A stretch of 64,000 bases of DNA, from assembly GCA_050949865.1 (NCBI GenBank), contig JBMNGN010000005.1, positions 89,647-153,646 on the forward strand. Reading direction: 5' to 3'. The stretch's first letter is position 1; each line of letters begins with the position of its first letter. Below, in pieces: positions 38,483 to 49,466 of this stretch. A program made the translations under genes and the position numbers. Source of the DNA: Syntrophomonadaceae bacterium (lineage in GTDB: Bacteria; Bacillota; Syntrophomonadia; Syntrophomonadales; Syntrophomonadaceae). The notes under the pieces were generated by a model, which saw only the letters and a program-made list of their open reading frames with translations, was not told the DNA's origin and ran no database searches.

Positions 38483-39118
38483 TTGAACGTATTAAGGGAT
38501 GAACGGAATTGGGAGCTGGTAAATTTGATAAGTGATGAAAGGCTTGTCCGGCTTACTTTAGACGGCGATCTATCAGCTTTTGAGGAATTGGTTAACCGAT
38601 ATAAAAATCGGATTTTTGCTATAGTTTACCGGATGGTTGCTCAATATCAGGAGGCAGAAGATATTACCCAGGATGTCTTTTTAACCGTTTTTGAAAAACT
38701 CAATCTATTTGATCCGGAGAAAACCTTTGCCCCCTGGATTTACCGAATAGCCACCAACACGACTATCAGTATGTTAAGGAAAAAAAAGAAGGTGATAACC
38801 CTTAATTTTGATGAATCTTATGGTAAACCTAATATGCATTATCCGGATGAAGCCATAGACCCCCAATTAGCGTTCGAAAACCTAGAATTAAGGGAGGAAA
38901 TCTCCGCAGCCATAATGGAGCTTCCGGAGAGCTATAGAACTATCATTACTTTACGCTACCAATTTGAGCTTAAGAATCAGGAAATAGCCGATATCCTAAA
39001 TATCAGCAAGGAAAATGTGGAGGTTAAAGTTCATAGGGCACGTAAAGCACTGCGCAGTATAGTGTTAAAGAGATGGAAAGAAAGGGGGATTGCCAATGAA
39101 TTGCCAATTAGTAGATAA
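38483..39118 (+). CDS. ECF-type RNA polymerase sigma factor
   Basis: Region 2 (FEELVNRYKNRIFAIVYRMV...AEDITQDVF) and region 4 (LPESYRTIITLRYQFELKNQEIADILNIS) are present. The start is TTG 38483, or possibly TTG 38525. Confidence 0.85.
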   Translation: MNVLRDERNWELVNLISDERLVRLTLDGDLSAFEELVNRYKNRIFAIVYRMVAQYQEAEDITQDVFLTVFEKLNLFDPEKTFAPWIYRIATNTTISMLRKKKKVITLNFDESYGKPNMHYPDEAIDPQLAFENLELREEISAAIMELPESYRTIITLRYQFELKNQEIADILNISKENVEVKVHRARKALRSIVLKRWKERGIANELPISR

Positions 39119-40172
39119 GTATCTTTATTCTTATTGTGACAATACACTACCCCCTGGGATTGGGCCTAGTTTGGGGGCCCACCTAAAAGACTGTGCAAAA
39201 TGCAGAAATAAAATAGCCCTAACTAAACTGGAGAATGATCTGTTAAGAGAAGGCTATGGTATTCCTGAATTAAGCCATGATTTTACCCAGAAAGTAATGA
39301 AATCGATTGAGCTTAAAAGCCAACCGGTCTCTCCTAGTATTAGAATCTTAAGAAGGCTGTCTAATAGAGCTTATATGCCCAATTCCAGTTCAAAAATTAG
39401 GTATCCTAAGCTTTTTTTAACTTCTTCATTATTGGCTGCCGCCCTGTTTATAGCTTTGCTTATCCCGGGTTTAAATCATTTTGGCTTGAAAACAACCGAA
39501 GAATCTTATCATAAAAATGAAATAGCTGAAACCAGGGGATCTCAGGCAGACGAAGCAAACAATTCACCATCTCCCGCCCCGAAGAGGGATTTAACTGATA
39601 ATGGAAAGGCCAGCGATAGAGGTGAGGCCAGCATAATGGCTTACCATTCGGAGGAGGACACCAGTAAGGCCAGATGGGGTGATCCTGAGGAACTGTATCC
39701 GTTTTCAGTTCGTGATGTTCGGGACTCAAGGCATGGTGACTTGGCTTTTAGAGCCAAAACTGCTGAGGGAATATTTTATCTCCAACCCTCCAACCTGCCG
39801 GTTGAATATAATTTAACCGAAATCATTTGCGATGCCAATAATAAACTAACCTTCAGGTATAGCCATACGGTAACCAATCAAGATATAACCGTTTCCCTGG
39901 CAGACTTGGAAATGGAGGACCCCACCTTGGAGAGTATGTCCAGTTTGCCTAAATCTGAATACGTTAGGAGCATATCTTCTGCCAATGATGCAGCTCATGA
40001 CCAGGATACACAGGATACGTCCAATACCATTAGCTGGAATCTGCCCTATAAAGGTCTTTCATTGAGTATAACCGTGACTGGTAACCTATCTGCTGAGGAA
40101 TTAACCAGGATAGCTCAATCTATTCAATTTAAGGAGGCTCAAGGGAATGATAGTATGGAAGAACTGGAATAG
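39096..40172 (+). CDS. anti-sigma factor (zf-HC2, single TM, large extracytoplasmic domain of unknown fold)
   Basis: ATG 39096 lies 6 nt after AAGGGGGA and overlaps the end of the sigma gene. It has an HxxxCxxC motif (HLKDCAKC) and a TM segment LFLTSSLLAAALFIALLIPGL. Confidence 0.75.
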   Translation: MNCQLVDKYLYSYCDNTLPPGIGPSLGAHLKDCAKCRNKIALTKLENDLLREGYGIPELSHDFTQKVMKSIELKSQPVSPSIRILRRLSNRAYMPNSSSKIRYPKLFLTSSLLAAALFIALLIPGLNHFGLKTTEESYHKNEIAETRGSQADEANNSPSPAPKRDLTDNGKASDRGEASIMAYHSEEDTSKARWGDPEELYPFSVRDVRDSRHGDLAFRAKTAEGIFYLQPSNLPVEYNLTEIICDANNKLTFRYSHTVTNQDITVSLADLEMEDPTLESMSSLPKSEYVRSISSANDAAHDQDTQDTSNTISWNLPYKGLSLSITVTGNLSAEELTRIAQSIQFKEAQGNDSMEELE

Positions 40173-40926
40173 GATTTTATTGGTTGGTTTATTTTTGGGT
40201 ATATTTGTCATCAGCGGTTTGTTTTATGGTATACAACCCGGTCAAGCTACCACCGATGCTAACCGGGATACTAGGATCAAGTTGACCGTAAGCGCAACGG
40301 GAAATATAAATATTGTTCCCGATCAGGCTCGAACTTCGCTGGCAGTTGAAAGCTTTGATAAAGAGCTGGGCAAAGCCCAAAATATGAATAATGCTGCAAC
40401 CGAAAAGGTATTTGCCGCTTTGAAGGCTAAAAATATCGCTGATGACTGTATTCAAACTTCAAGTTATAATATCTGGCCCGAATACAACTATGGAAGAATT
40501 AAAGAAGATTCCAGCCCGGAAATAATTGGCTATCGGGTTAGAAATGAAATAACGGTTACAGTTAAGGATTTGCCCAACCTGGGAGCAATTCTGGATGCTG
40601 CCGTGGAAGCAGGTGCTAACAGCGTCAACTACGTCAGGTTTGAAAAATCCCAGCTGTCAGAGGTTGAAAATCAGGCTTTAGCTGAAGCGGTCATTAAGGC
40701 CAAATCCAAGGCTCAGGTTATTGCTGCCGCTGCTGATCTTAAACTGGGCCAGATCATTACTATAAACGAAGGAGGAGTATACAGTTATCCTCCCGAACCC
40801 CCTATTCCCTACTTCAGGGATGAAAGCGGTGCAATCAGTGCCCGCAGTGAAGTTCCGGTAAAACCTGGAGATGTGCAGGTTTCCGCTACGGTTACCATCA
40901 TCTACGAGCTGTTATCCAATTCCTAA
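40147..40926 (+). CDS. SIMPL-domain (DUF541) protein with N-terminal signal anchor
   Basis: 259 aa. SD AAGGAGG lies 9 nt upstream, and the gene overlaps the anti-sigma gene by 26 nt. GYRVRNEITVTV...AGANSV...AKSKAQ is typical of SIMPL. Confidence 0.8.
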   Translation: MIVWKNWNRILLVGLFLGIFVISGLFYGIQPGQATTDANRDTRIKLTVSATGNINIVPDQARTSLAVESFDKELGKAQNMNNAATEKVFAALKAKNIADDCIQTSSYNIWPEYNYGRIKEDSSPEIIGYRVRNEITVTVKDLPNLGAILDAAVEAGANSVNYVRFEKSQLSEVENQALAEAVIKAKSKAQVIAAAADLKLGQIITINEGGVYSYPPEPPIPYFRDESGAISARSEVPVKPGDVQVSATVTIIYELLSNS

Positions 40927-40948
40927 AGTAGAAACGAGAAGATAGTTA

Positions 40949-40996
40949 TTATGCTTCCTCCTTACCTCTTCGAGGAACTGCTTGGAGGAAGCATAA
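40949..40996. terminator. large convergent hairpin between the SIMPL gene and carB
   Basis: A 13-bp perfect stem, TTATGCTTCCTCC/GGAGGAAGCATAA, encloses a CCTC-TTCG-GAGG sub-hairpin. There is no clear U tract on either strand. Confidence 0.5.
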
Positions 40997-41016
40997 AATC
41001 CCGTTGATTTGCCCCT

Positions 41017-44000
41017 TTATTCGTTCTTTTTGACCAAATCCTGTATAGCATATACCTGCATGCTTTCTGGTTTCTCTCCCTCGCTAATAACCTCCTGTAA
41101 AACTCTAAGAGTATCCAGGGAGGTAAAACATGGTACGTTTAATTCCACAGCTGCCCGGCGAATCTGAAATCCATCACTAAACGGTTTTCTGCCTTGAGTA
41201 AGAGTATTGACTACCAGATCAACTTTTCCCTGGCTGATCAGATCAATGATATTAGGCGAGCCTTCACTAATCTTCTTTACCTTTTCTGCTTCGACCCCGG
41301 CTGCTTTTAAATGATTCAGAGTTCCTTCCGTAGCAATGATTTTAAATCCCAGCCGGTAGAATTCCTTAAGTATAGGAATACCCTCGGGTTTATCCCTATC
41401 TGCAATAGTGGCAACAATTGTCCCCCTCTCGGGTACTTGAACCCCGGCAGCGATAAAACCCTTATAAAGGGCAGTTTTCAACGAATAATCAACACCCATT
41501 ACTTCCCCGGTAGATTTCATTTCCGGTCCCAGATTAACATCTACTTTGGCCAGTTTATTAAATGAAAACACCGGTACTTTTACCGCATAGAAACCCGGCT
41601 CCGGTTGTAGCCCCCCACGGTAACCCAGATCAGCTATGCTTTTCCCCAGTATTATCTCGGTAGCCAGTTTAACCATAGGGAGCCCAGTAACCTTGCTTAT
41701 GAACGGAATGGTTCTGCTGGAGCGGGGATTAACCTCGATGACGTACAGTTCATGGTTATATTCAACAAATTGGATATTAATCAATCCCTTGACCTTAAGG
41801 CCCCGGCCTAATTTTACCGTATAATCAATGACTTTTTCCTTGATATTCTGGCTGATATCGTAAGCAGGAAACACGGCCATGCTGTCGCCTGAGTGCACCC
41901 CGGCCCTTTCAATATGCTGCATTATCCCGGGTATTAAAACCTCATTACCGTCTGATACCGCATCAACTTCTATTTCCCTGCCTAAAAGGTATTTGTCTAC
42001 CAGTACGGGATGCTCGCTGTTTACCTTAACCGCAGTTGCCATATATTGTTCTAATTCGTCAGCATTATAGACAATCTCCATGGCCCTTCCGCCCAAAACA
42101 TAAGATGGTCTTACCAATACCGGATATCCGATGGTATTGGCTACCTCTACGGCTTCATCAACTGACATGGCCGTTTTCCCGGGAGGTCTGGGAATGCCAA
42201 GCACCTCAACCAATTTATCAAATCGGTCTCTATCTTCTGCCATATCAATACTATCATTACTGGTCCCAATTATCGGCACATCCATGCGATTCAGGGAATC
42301 TGCCAGGTTTATGGCAGTCTGGCCGCCGAATTGGACGACCACACCTTCCGGTTTCTCCTCCTCAATGATGTTCATAACGTCCTCAAATACCAGAGGTTCA
42401 AAATAAAGCCGATCAGAAGTATCGAAATCAGTACTGACCGTTTCGGGGTTGTTGTTAACAATAATCGCTTTAATCCCGGCCTCCTGTAAAGCCCATACAC
42501 AGTGTACAGAACAATAATCAAACTCCACTCCCTGCCCAATCCTTATTGGTCCGGAACCAATTACCAGGATTTTGCGCACGCCGGGCTCATGCCAGGCTTC
42601 ATTCTCCTGTTCATAGCAGGAGTAATAATAGGGGGTTTTGGCATCAAATTCTGCGGCACAGGTATCTACCAATTTATAAGTCGGGATTATCCCTAGCTGT
42701 TTCCTTCTTTCCCTAACCTCGTTTTCAGTCATTCCTTTTATTTCTGCAATTTCAAGATCAGAAAAGCCCAGTTTTTTAGCTTCCTTCAAGACGGTAACCG
42801 TTAAATCCCTTTCTTTCAGCATCAGGGAAAAATCTATAATGTTCTTAATTTTTTTTAAAAAATACTGGTCGATCTTGGTTATCTCCCAGACATCCTGGAT
42901 GGACATTCCCCGGTTAAAAGCCTCGGCAATAATAAATATCCGCTCATCATCCGCATCTTTTAACCTTAACTTTAAGTTATCATCGGTAACCTTTACCAGA
43001 GCAGGGAGCCGCAAACCCTTTATGCCAATCTCCAGGGAACGAATGGCTTTTAGAAAAGCGGCCTCAAAGCTGCGGTCGATGGCCATTACTTCCCCAGTGG
43101 CTTTCATCTGAGTGCCCAGCCGCCGATCCCCAAACACAAACTTGTCAAACGGCCATTTAGGCACCTTTAAGACTACATAATCGATAGCCGGCTCGAAGCA
43201 GGCCGTCGTTTTGCCCGTGACTGCATTGGGAATCTCATCCAAGTTATAACCTATAGCAATCTTGGTTGTAACTTTGGCGATGGGATACCCGGTAGCCTTA
43301 GAAGCCAGGGCACTGGAACGGCTAACCCGCGGATTCACTTCTATTACATAATACCGTTTGCTGAACGGATCCAAGGCAAATTGAACATTACAACCGCCAG
43401 CAATCTTCAGGGATCGGATTATTTTTAGGGAGGATGCTCTTAACATCTGATATTCCTCATCAGTCAGGGTTTGGGCCGGTGCTACTACTATGCTGTCCCC
43501 AGTGTGAATACCAACCGGATCCATATTTTCCATACTGCAGACCGTGATGCAGTTATCATTGGCATCCCGCATTACTTCGAATTCAATTTCCTTATAGCCG
43601 GCAACACTTTTTTCCATTAGTACCTGTCCAATCGGGCTGCTTTTTAGCCCTTTGGTAATTGCAGCCGTTAATTCCTGAGGGTTATTGACGGTTCCCCCTC
43701 CGGTTCCACCCAGGGTGTAAGCAGGTCTTACTATCAAAGGATATCCGGCCTCACTGGCAAATTGCAGTGCTTCCTCGACCGAATGAACAACAGCACTATC
43801 GGGAATAGGCTCCCCGATTTGCTGCATGGTAAGCTTAAACATCTCCCGGTCTTCGGCTCTTCTAATTGCATCCAATGGCATACCGAGGATCGGTATCCCG
43901 GTTTTGCTGAGTATCCCTTCCCTTTCAAGGGCTAAGGCCATATTAAGCCCAACCTGCCCCCCTAGGTTGGCTATGATTCCATCTGGCCTTTCCCTTTCTA

Positions 44001-44232
44001 ATATTTTAACTACTGACCAGGTGGTAATGGGTTCAATATACACCCGATCCGCGATATTGGTATCGGTCATTATGGTTGCCGGGTTACTGTTTAAAAGCAC
44101 CACCTCGATATTCTCTTCTTTAAGGGCTCGACAGGCCTGGGTTCCGGCATAGTCAAACTCAGCTGCCTGCCCGATTATTATTGGGCCAGAGCCTATAACC
44201 AATACTTTCTTAAGCTCAGGATTTAATGGCAT
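41017..44232 (-). CDS. carB: carbamoyl-phosphate synthase large subunit
   Basis: 1071 aa with duplicated ATP-grasp halves and a C-terminal MGS-like domain, collinear with CarB. Confidence 0.96.
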   Translation of the reverse strand: MPLNPELKKVLVIGSGPIIIGQAAEFDYAGTQACRALKEENIEVVLLNSNPATIMTDTNIADRVYIEPITTWSVVKILERERPDGIIANLGGQVGLNMALALEREGILSKTGIPILGMPLDAIRRAEDREMFKLTMQQIGEPIPDSAVVHSVEEALQFASEAGYPLIVRPAYTLGGTGGGTVNNPQELTAAITKGLKSSPIGQVLMEKSVAGYKEIEFEVMRDANDNCITVCSMENMDPVGIHTGDSIVVAPAQTLTDEEYQMLRASSLKIIRSLKIAGGCNVQFALDPFSKRYYVIEVNPRVSRSSALASKATGYPIAKVTTKIAIGYNLDEIPNAVTGKTTACFEPAIDYVVLKVPKWPFDKFVFGDRRLGTQMKATGEVMAIDRSFEAAFLKAIRSLEIGIKGLRLPALVKVTDDNLKLRLKDADDERIFIIAEAFNRGMSIQDVWEITKIDQYFLKKIKNIIDFSLMLKERDLTVTVLKEAKKLGFSDLEIAEIKGMTENEVRERRKQLGIIPTYKLVDTCAAEFDAKTPYYYSCYEQENEAWHEPGVRKILVIGSGPIRIGQGVEFDYCSVHCVWALQEAGIKAIIVNNNPETVSTDFDTSDRLYFEPLVFEDVMNIIEEEKPEGVVVQFGGQTAINLADSLNRMDVPIIGTSNDSIDMAEDRDRFDKLVEVLGIPRPPGKTAMSVDEAVEVANTIGYPVLVRPSYVLGGRAMEIVYNADELEQYMATAVKVNSEHPVLVDKYLLGREIEVDAVSDGNEVLIPGIMQHIERAGVHSGDSMAVFPAYDISQNIKEKVIDYTVKLGRGLKVKGLINIQFVEYNHELYVIEVNPRSSRTIPFISKVTGLPMVKLATEIILGKSIADLGYRGGLQPEPGFYAVKVPVFSFNKLAKVDVNLGPEMKSTGEVMGVDYSLKTALYKGFIAAGVQVPERGTIVATIADRDKPEGIPILKEFYRLGFKIIATEGTLNHLKAAGVEAEKVKKISEGSPNIIDLISQGKVDLVVNTLTQGRKPFSDGFQIRRAAVELNVPCFTSLDTLRVLQEVISEGEKPESMQVYAIQDLVKKNE

Positions 44233-44271
44233 AGAATTACCTCCATTTTGGGTCGATAAGTGACAGGAACA

Positions 44272-45348
44272 TTAGAGCAGTTCAATAAACATATCATAAA
44301 AAAACCCGGTTTCACTATATCCCGGATATCCCTCTGGTTCGAACTGCACTGAGAAAACTGGAAGCTCTTTGTGTTTTATGCCTTCTATGGAATTATCAAT
44401 GAGACTGCGCATAGTAATCTCTATCGGGTTATTAGCAGCCGAATTTTCTTCTATAACATAACCATGATTCTGGGTGGTTATATATACTCGATTGTTTTCA
44501 ATATGGCGAACCGGGTGGTTAGTTCCCCGATGCCCATACTCTAACCTCCTGATAGCTGCTCCCATGGCCCCGGCCAGGATCTGATGGCCCAACCCAACGC
44601 CGATTATCGGGAATCTGTGCATCAGCTCTTTACAAGTATCAACCGCATAGTAAACAGCCCTGGGATCTCCCGGTCCATCGGAAATAAAAATCCCGTCCGG
44701 TTCCAATCGTAGAATATCTGCTGCCCGGGTTGTGGAAGGAACCGCATATAGTTCACAACCCCTTCTAACCAATGAATCGATAACCCCTTTCTTGGTTCCC
44801 ATATCCAGGAGCACTACCCTTTTTGGCCCCTTGCCGAACCTCATAATATTCTTCCGGGTAACGTATTGTACCAAATCCCCTTTTAACTCCTCTGAAGCCT
44901 TTTGGGCTTTTAAAACCAGTTCGTTAAGGTATTTTAAGTTATCACATATAATTCCGCCCATTACACCCTGGTTCCTAATTACCCTGGTAAGAGCTCTGGT
45001 ATCGACCTCAGTTAAAACCGCGATTTCACTCTGGTTTAAAAAGCTGATTAGATCCGTTTCCATCTCGTAATGGCTGGGGAAATCCGTAGCCTCTCTCAGT
45101 ACTAAACCTTTGAGCATTGCACCTTTAGAAGCAAAGCTCCTTTGATTGAAACCGACATTCCCCACTAACGGATAAGTCAAGACAACAATTTGGCCATAAT
45201 AAGAAGGATCGGTAATAATATCCTGATAACTAATCATAGCCGTGCTGAATACTACTTCACCACTGGCCATAAGGCAATCGTTAAGCAGTTTCCCGGTAAA
45301 AACCCTCCCGTTTTCCAACACTAAATAACCATCCAATTGCGGTTTCAC
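44272..45348 (-). CDS. carA: carbamoyl-phosphate synthase small subunit homolog with substituted glutaminase triad
   Basis: 358 aa, collinear with CarA (SDGPGDP, GHRGTNHPV, QNHGY). However, it reads IGVGLGHQ where GICLGHQ is expected and QFEPE where Q(F/Y)HPE is expected. Confidence 0.85.
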   Translation of the reverse strand: MKPQLDGYLVLENGRVFTGKLLNDCLMASGEVVFSTAMISYQDIITDPSYYGQIVVLTYPLVGNVGFNQRSFASKGAMLKGLVLREATDFPSHYEMETDLISFLNQSEIAVLTEVDTRALTRVIRNQGVMGGIICDNLKYLNELVLKAQKASEELKGDLVQYVTRKNIMRFGKGPKRVVLLDMGTKKGVIDSLVRRGCELYAVPSTTRAADILRLEPDGIFISDGPGDPRAVYYAVDTCKELMHRFPIIGVGLGHQILAGAMGAAIRRLEYGHRGTNHPVRHIENNRVYITTQNHGYVIEENSAANNPIEITMRSLIDNSIEGIKHKELPVFSVQFEPEGYPGYSETGFFYDMFIELL

Positions 45349-45417
45349 CCCTTAATCCATTTAACCCTTATCAATTGGTTATTGTATAAACCTGCCGGTA
45401 AATAAACTCCCATAAGA

Positions 45418-46713
45418 TTAATTTTCCTTAACCTGCCCGTTATAATATACGATTTTTCCATTTACTATAGTTGCCCAAGGCCATCCTGCCAGTTCCTGCC
45501 CTTTAAACGGGGTATTTTTCCCCTTGGAATAGAACCTGGCCGGATCAACCTTTCTGGTTTCCTTCAAATCAATAATAGTGATATCTGCCCTTTGACCTTT
45601 TTGAATAAGGCCCTTGTCAGGCATTTTTAATACTTTGGCTGGCCCGCAACTGAATAACTGTACCATTTTTTCCAGAGATAGGATCCCCGGCCTTACCAGT
45701 TTATCTATAATAACTGCTACCGCAGTCTCCAATCCCGAGATACCAAATGAGGCCAAAATGTATTCACAGTCCTTGCTCTCCCGCTCATGTGGGGCATGAT
45801 CCGTTGCAATACAGTCAATAGTGCCATCAATAATGGCCTCTCTTAAGGCTAATATATGTTCCTGGGAACGGAGTGGCGGGTTAACCTTGGTATCGCCATC
45901 ATAGCTTCCAACTATTTCATCGGTAAGGGTCAAGTGATGGGGAGTAACTTCGCAGGTGACGTTAATACCCTCTTTTTTGGCCTTCCGGATCTGGTCAATC
46001 GAACCTCTGGTTGATACATGGCATATGTGAACATGGGCTCCGGTAATCCTGGAAAGAATTATATCCCGGGTTACCATGATCTCCTCAGCTGCTGCAGGAA
46101 TACCTTTTAGGCCGTAGATTGTTGAATAGTAGCCTTCATGCATCTGCCCGCCCTGGGCAAGGCTAAGCTCTTCACAGTGAGACATAACCGGGAGGTCAAA
46201 CATCTTGGAATAATCCAAGGCATTACGCATAAGGTATGAGTTAATCACCGGCCGTCCATCATCAGAGATGGCTACACAACCAGCCGCCACTAATTCCGCA
46301 ATTTCACTCAGCTCTTCCCCCGCGGTTTTTTTGGTTATCGCCCCTATTGGATACACATTGACTACTCCTGCTTTACGAGCTCTTTCTCTTACAAAAACTG
46401 CGGTTGCCGCATTATCAATTACCGGCTCGGTATTGGGCATACAGCACACGGTGGTAAAACCTCCGGCAGCTGCCGCCCGTGTGCCTGAGGCAATATCTTC
46501 CTTGTATTCAAATCCCGGTTCCCGTAAATGAACATGAATATCAATAAACCCCGGACAGACTATCTTGTTGGAAGCATCTATCAACTGGCAGTCACCAATG
46601 GATATATCCTTGGCCATGTCCTTAATAAGGTTATCTTCAATAAGGATATCCCTTATATCATTTACCTTATTTAAGGGGTCAATAACCCGGCCATTTTTAA
46701 TAAGCAATTTCAT
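45418..46713 (-). CDS. pyrC: dihydroorotase
   Basis: 431 aa with DIHVHLREPG and ATDHAPH metal-site motifs. Confidence 0.95.
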   Translation of the reverse strand: MKLLIKNGRVIDPLNKVNDIRDILIEDNLIKDMAKDISIGDCQLIDASNKIVCPGFIDIHVHLREPGFEYKEDIASGTRAAAAGGFTTVCCMPNTEPVIDNAATAVFVRERARKAGVVNVYPIGAITKKTAGEELSEIAELVAAGCVAISDDGRPVINSYLMRNALDYSKMFDLPVMSHCEELSLAQGGQMHEGYYSTIYGLKGIPAAAEEIMVTRDIILSRITGAHVHICHVSTRGSIDQIRKAKKEGINVTCEVTPHHLTLTDEIVGSYDGDTKVNPPLRSQEHILALREAIIDGTIDCIATDHAPHERESKDCEYILASFGISGLETAVAVIIDKLVRPGILSLEKMVQLFSCGPAKVLKMPDKGLIQKGQRADITIIDLKETRKVDPARFYSKGKNTPFKGQELAGWPWATIVNGKIVYYNGQVKEN

Positions 46714-47638
46714 CTCTGGAGCCTCCCATCATTAAGAATAATAATGCCATGCGAACCGCAACTCCGTTGGTAACTTGTTCATTGATTACCGCGTAGGTAC
46801 TTTCCGCCAGCTCACTTGATATCTCAACTCCTCGATTCATAGGGCCAGGATGCAGGACTAGCACATCATCTTTAGCCCGGGCAAGGTGTTTTAATCCTAA
46901 TCCGTAGAGGTTGGCATATTCATCAAGGGAGGGGAATAAACCAATCTGTTGTCTTTCTTTTTGAATCCTTAATATATTTATTACATCCACGCCTTCCAAG
47001 GCTCGGTCCAGGCTATAATAACTTTTTACTCCTAAATTCTCAATCTCCGGGGGAATCAAGGTGGCAGGCCCGACTACTCTAATTTCACATCCATATTTAG
47101 TTAATCCATAGATATTAGAGCGGGCTACCCGGCTGTGAAGAATATCACCCACAATAGCTATCTTCAACCCTTCTAATCTTCCTTTTTTTTCTTTTATGCT
47201 ATACATATCCAGAAGGGCTTGGGTCGGGTGTTCATTGGCACCATCGCCCGCATTAATAACATGCATCCTAGTATTACGAGCAACATAATGCGGCGCCCCG
47301 CTCATATTGTGCCTCATTACCATTAAATCAAAACCCATGGATTCGATGGTTTTAATGGTATCCTTAAGGCTTTCCCCCTTTTGAATGCTGCTGTTGTTTA
47401 TGACCAGGTTTACCGTATCCGCACTGAGGTACTTGCCCGCCATCTCAAAGGAGGTTCTAGTCCTGGTGCTGGGCTCGAAAAACAGGGTTGCCATAGCTTT
47501 GCCCCTTAAGGTGGGTACTTTTTTAATATCCCTCTTGATAATGTCCTTCATTGGGACCGCGGTATTCAGAATAAGGTCAATATCATCCCTGCTCAATTCC
47601 TTAATTCCTAGTAGATCCTTTCTTTGTTCAAAGTTCAA
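46697..47638 (-). CDS. pyrB: aspartate carbamoyltransferase catalytic subunit
   Basis: TTG 47638 lies 8 nt after AAGGAGG and gives 313 aa. STRTR, HPTQ and HPGPMNRG motifs are present. The track start at 47722 would run through the attenuator terminator. Confidence 0.92.
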   Translation of the reverse strand: MNFEQRKDLLGIKELSRDDIDLILNTAVPMKDIIKRDIKKVPTLRGKAMATLFFEPSTRTRTSFEMAGKYLSADTVNLVINNSSIQKGESLKDTIKTIESMGFDLMVMRHNMSGAPHYVARNTRMHVINAGDGANEHPTQALLDMYSIKEKKGRLEGLKIAIVGDILHSRVARSNIYGLTKYGCEIRVVGPATLIPPEIENLGVKSYYSLDRALEGVDVINILRIQKERQQIGLFPSLDEYANLYGLGLKHLARAKDDVLVLHPGPMNRGVEISSELAESTYAVINEQVTNGVAVRMALLFLMMGGSRDEIAY

Positions 47639-47683
47639 CCGCCTGACCTCCTTTGTAGATGAATCGTGTTTTACCATCCCATC

Positions 47684-47768
47684 AATAAAAAAGCCTTTCT
47701 GTCCCATGGACAAGAAAGGCATTAGCTGCTTCCAGTATTCCCTCTCCCCTTGCCAGCCTCACAGGACT
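47684..47768 (-). promoter_or_regulatory. PyrR-dependent attenuator (binding loop plus terminator) between pyrR and pyrB
   Basis: The minus strand reads AGUCCUGUGAGGCUGGCAAGGGGAGAGG (compare the PyrR box ARUCCAGAGAGGYU). Then comes the hairpin GCCUUUCUUGUCC/GGACAGAAAGGC (47693-47720) followed by UUUUUUAUU. Confidence 0.75.
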
Positions 47769-47785
47769 AGATTAAAGGGTTTATG

Positions 47786-48334
<549 letters not shown>

Positions 48335-48383
48335 TTAAAGCCTCCTAACCTAAAAACCCTTTTACCGGCCATATGGCACAGAT

Positions 48384-48446
48384 ACTAAAAAACCTGTCGG
48401 CGCAAGGCAACAGGTAACTGAATCTAGGATACCTCACCGGACCAAC
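48384..48446 (-). promoter_or_regulatory. PyrR-dependent attenuator in the pyrR leader
   Basis: The minus strand reads GUUGGUCCGGUGAGGUAUCC, which is PyrR-box-like. Then comes the hairpin ACCUGUUGCC/GCCGACAGGU (48391-48415) followed by UUUUUU. Confidence 0.65.
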
Positions 48447-48467
48447 TTAAAGGGCCTTCTGTCATTG

Positions 48468-48496
48468 ATTGTAGATAACCGGGTTTTACTTGTCAA
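48468..48496 (-). promoter_or_regulatory. sigmaA promoter of the pyr operon
   Basis: The minus strand has consensus TTGACA (48496-48491), exactly 17 nt, then TACAAT (48473-48468). Confidence 0.7.
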
Positions 48497-48548
48497 CTAA
48501 TATTTCAGACTCCTGGTAAATTCAACTTCATCAGCAGGGCTATGGCTT

Positions 48549-49466
48549 TCAACAAGTATTTCTTAGTCCGGTAAGGATGTTTTCCAAATATTCAGGCAAC
48601 GGACTTTTAAACTCCATGTACTCGCCAGTTGTAGGGTGTAAGAACCCGAGAAGGCAAGCATGTAATGCCTGAGAATCAAGGCCCAAAGCCTTTTTCCCCG
48701 GACCGTAAACCGGATCCCCGGCAACAGGATGCTTTATGAAGGCAAAGTGAACCCTGATTTGATGGGTCCTACCCGTAAACAGTCTAACCTTAACCAGGGT
48801 ATATCCCCTAAATCGTTCCAATACGGTATAATCGCTTCTGGCTGGTTTTCCGTTTTTACCAACTGTCATTTTTTTCCGATCGGTTTTACTTCTTTCTATT
48901 GGTGCATCAATAGTGCCCGAACTTTCTTGTATTAACCCATGCACCAGGGCCAGGTATTCCCGATTAAAGCTATGGGACTTAATCTGCCCCGCTAATACCC
49001 GGTGAGCAATATCGTTTTTAGCAATTACCATCACCCCTGAAGTATCCTTATCCAGCCTATGTACTATTCCGGGACGGATTTTACCATTAATCCCAGATAA
49101 ATCTTTTATATGATACAACAAGGCGTTTACCAGGGTATAATCCCAGTTTCCATGCCCTGGATGGGTGACTAACCCTTTAGGTTTATTTACTACGGCTACA
49201 TCAGTATCTTCATAGATAATATCCAACGGAATGTCTCTCGGGATCAGTTCTATTTCCTTTATTTCCGGAATTTCTACCCTTACTATTTCTCCCTCTTTTA
49301 TGCGGTAGCTGGCTTTCTTGGGTTGGCCATTAACCAAAACCCTTTGCCCGGATATGAGCAGTTTAACGGTTGAACGGGACAGGTATTCGATTTTTTCAGC
49401 TATAAATGAATCCAGTCTTTCCCCTTCCATTTCCTCTTCAACTAAAATAGTTTCTGATTTATGCAT
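48549..49466 (-). CDS. rluD: 23S rRNA pseudouridine synthase RluD family
   Basis: It has an S4 domain and catalytic HRLDKDTSGVMV. ATG 49466 lies 8 nt after AAGGGTGA and overlaps the end of lspA. The track start at 49493 is further upstream. Confidence 0.9.
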   Translation of the reverse strand: MHKSETILVEEEMEGERLDSFIAEKIEYLSRSTVKLLISGQRVLVNGQPKKASYRIKEGEIVRVEIPEIKEIELIPRDIPLDIIYEDTDVAVVNKPKGLVTHPGHGNWDYTLVNALLYHIKDLSGINGKIRPGIVHRLDKDTSGVMVIAKNDIAHRVLAGQIKSHSFNREYLALVHGLIQESSGTIDAPIERSKTDRKKMTVGKNGKPARSDYTVLERFRGYTLVKVRLFTGRTHQIRVHFAFIKHPVAGDPVYGPGKKALGLDSQALHACLLGFLHPTTGEYMEFKSPLPEYLENILTGLRNTC

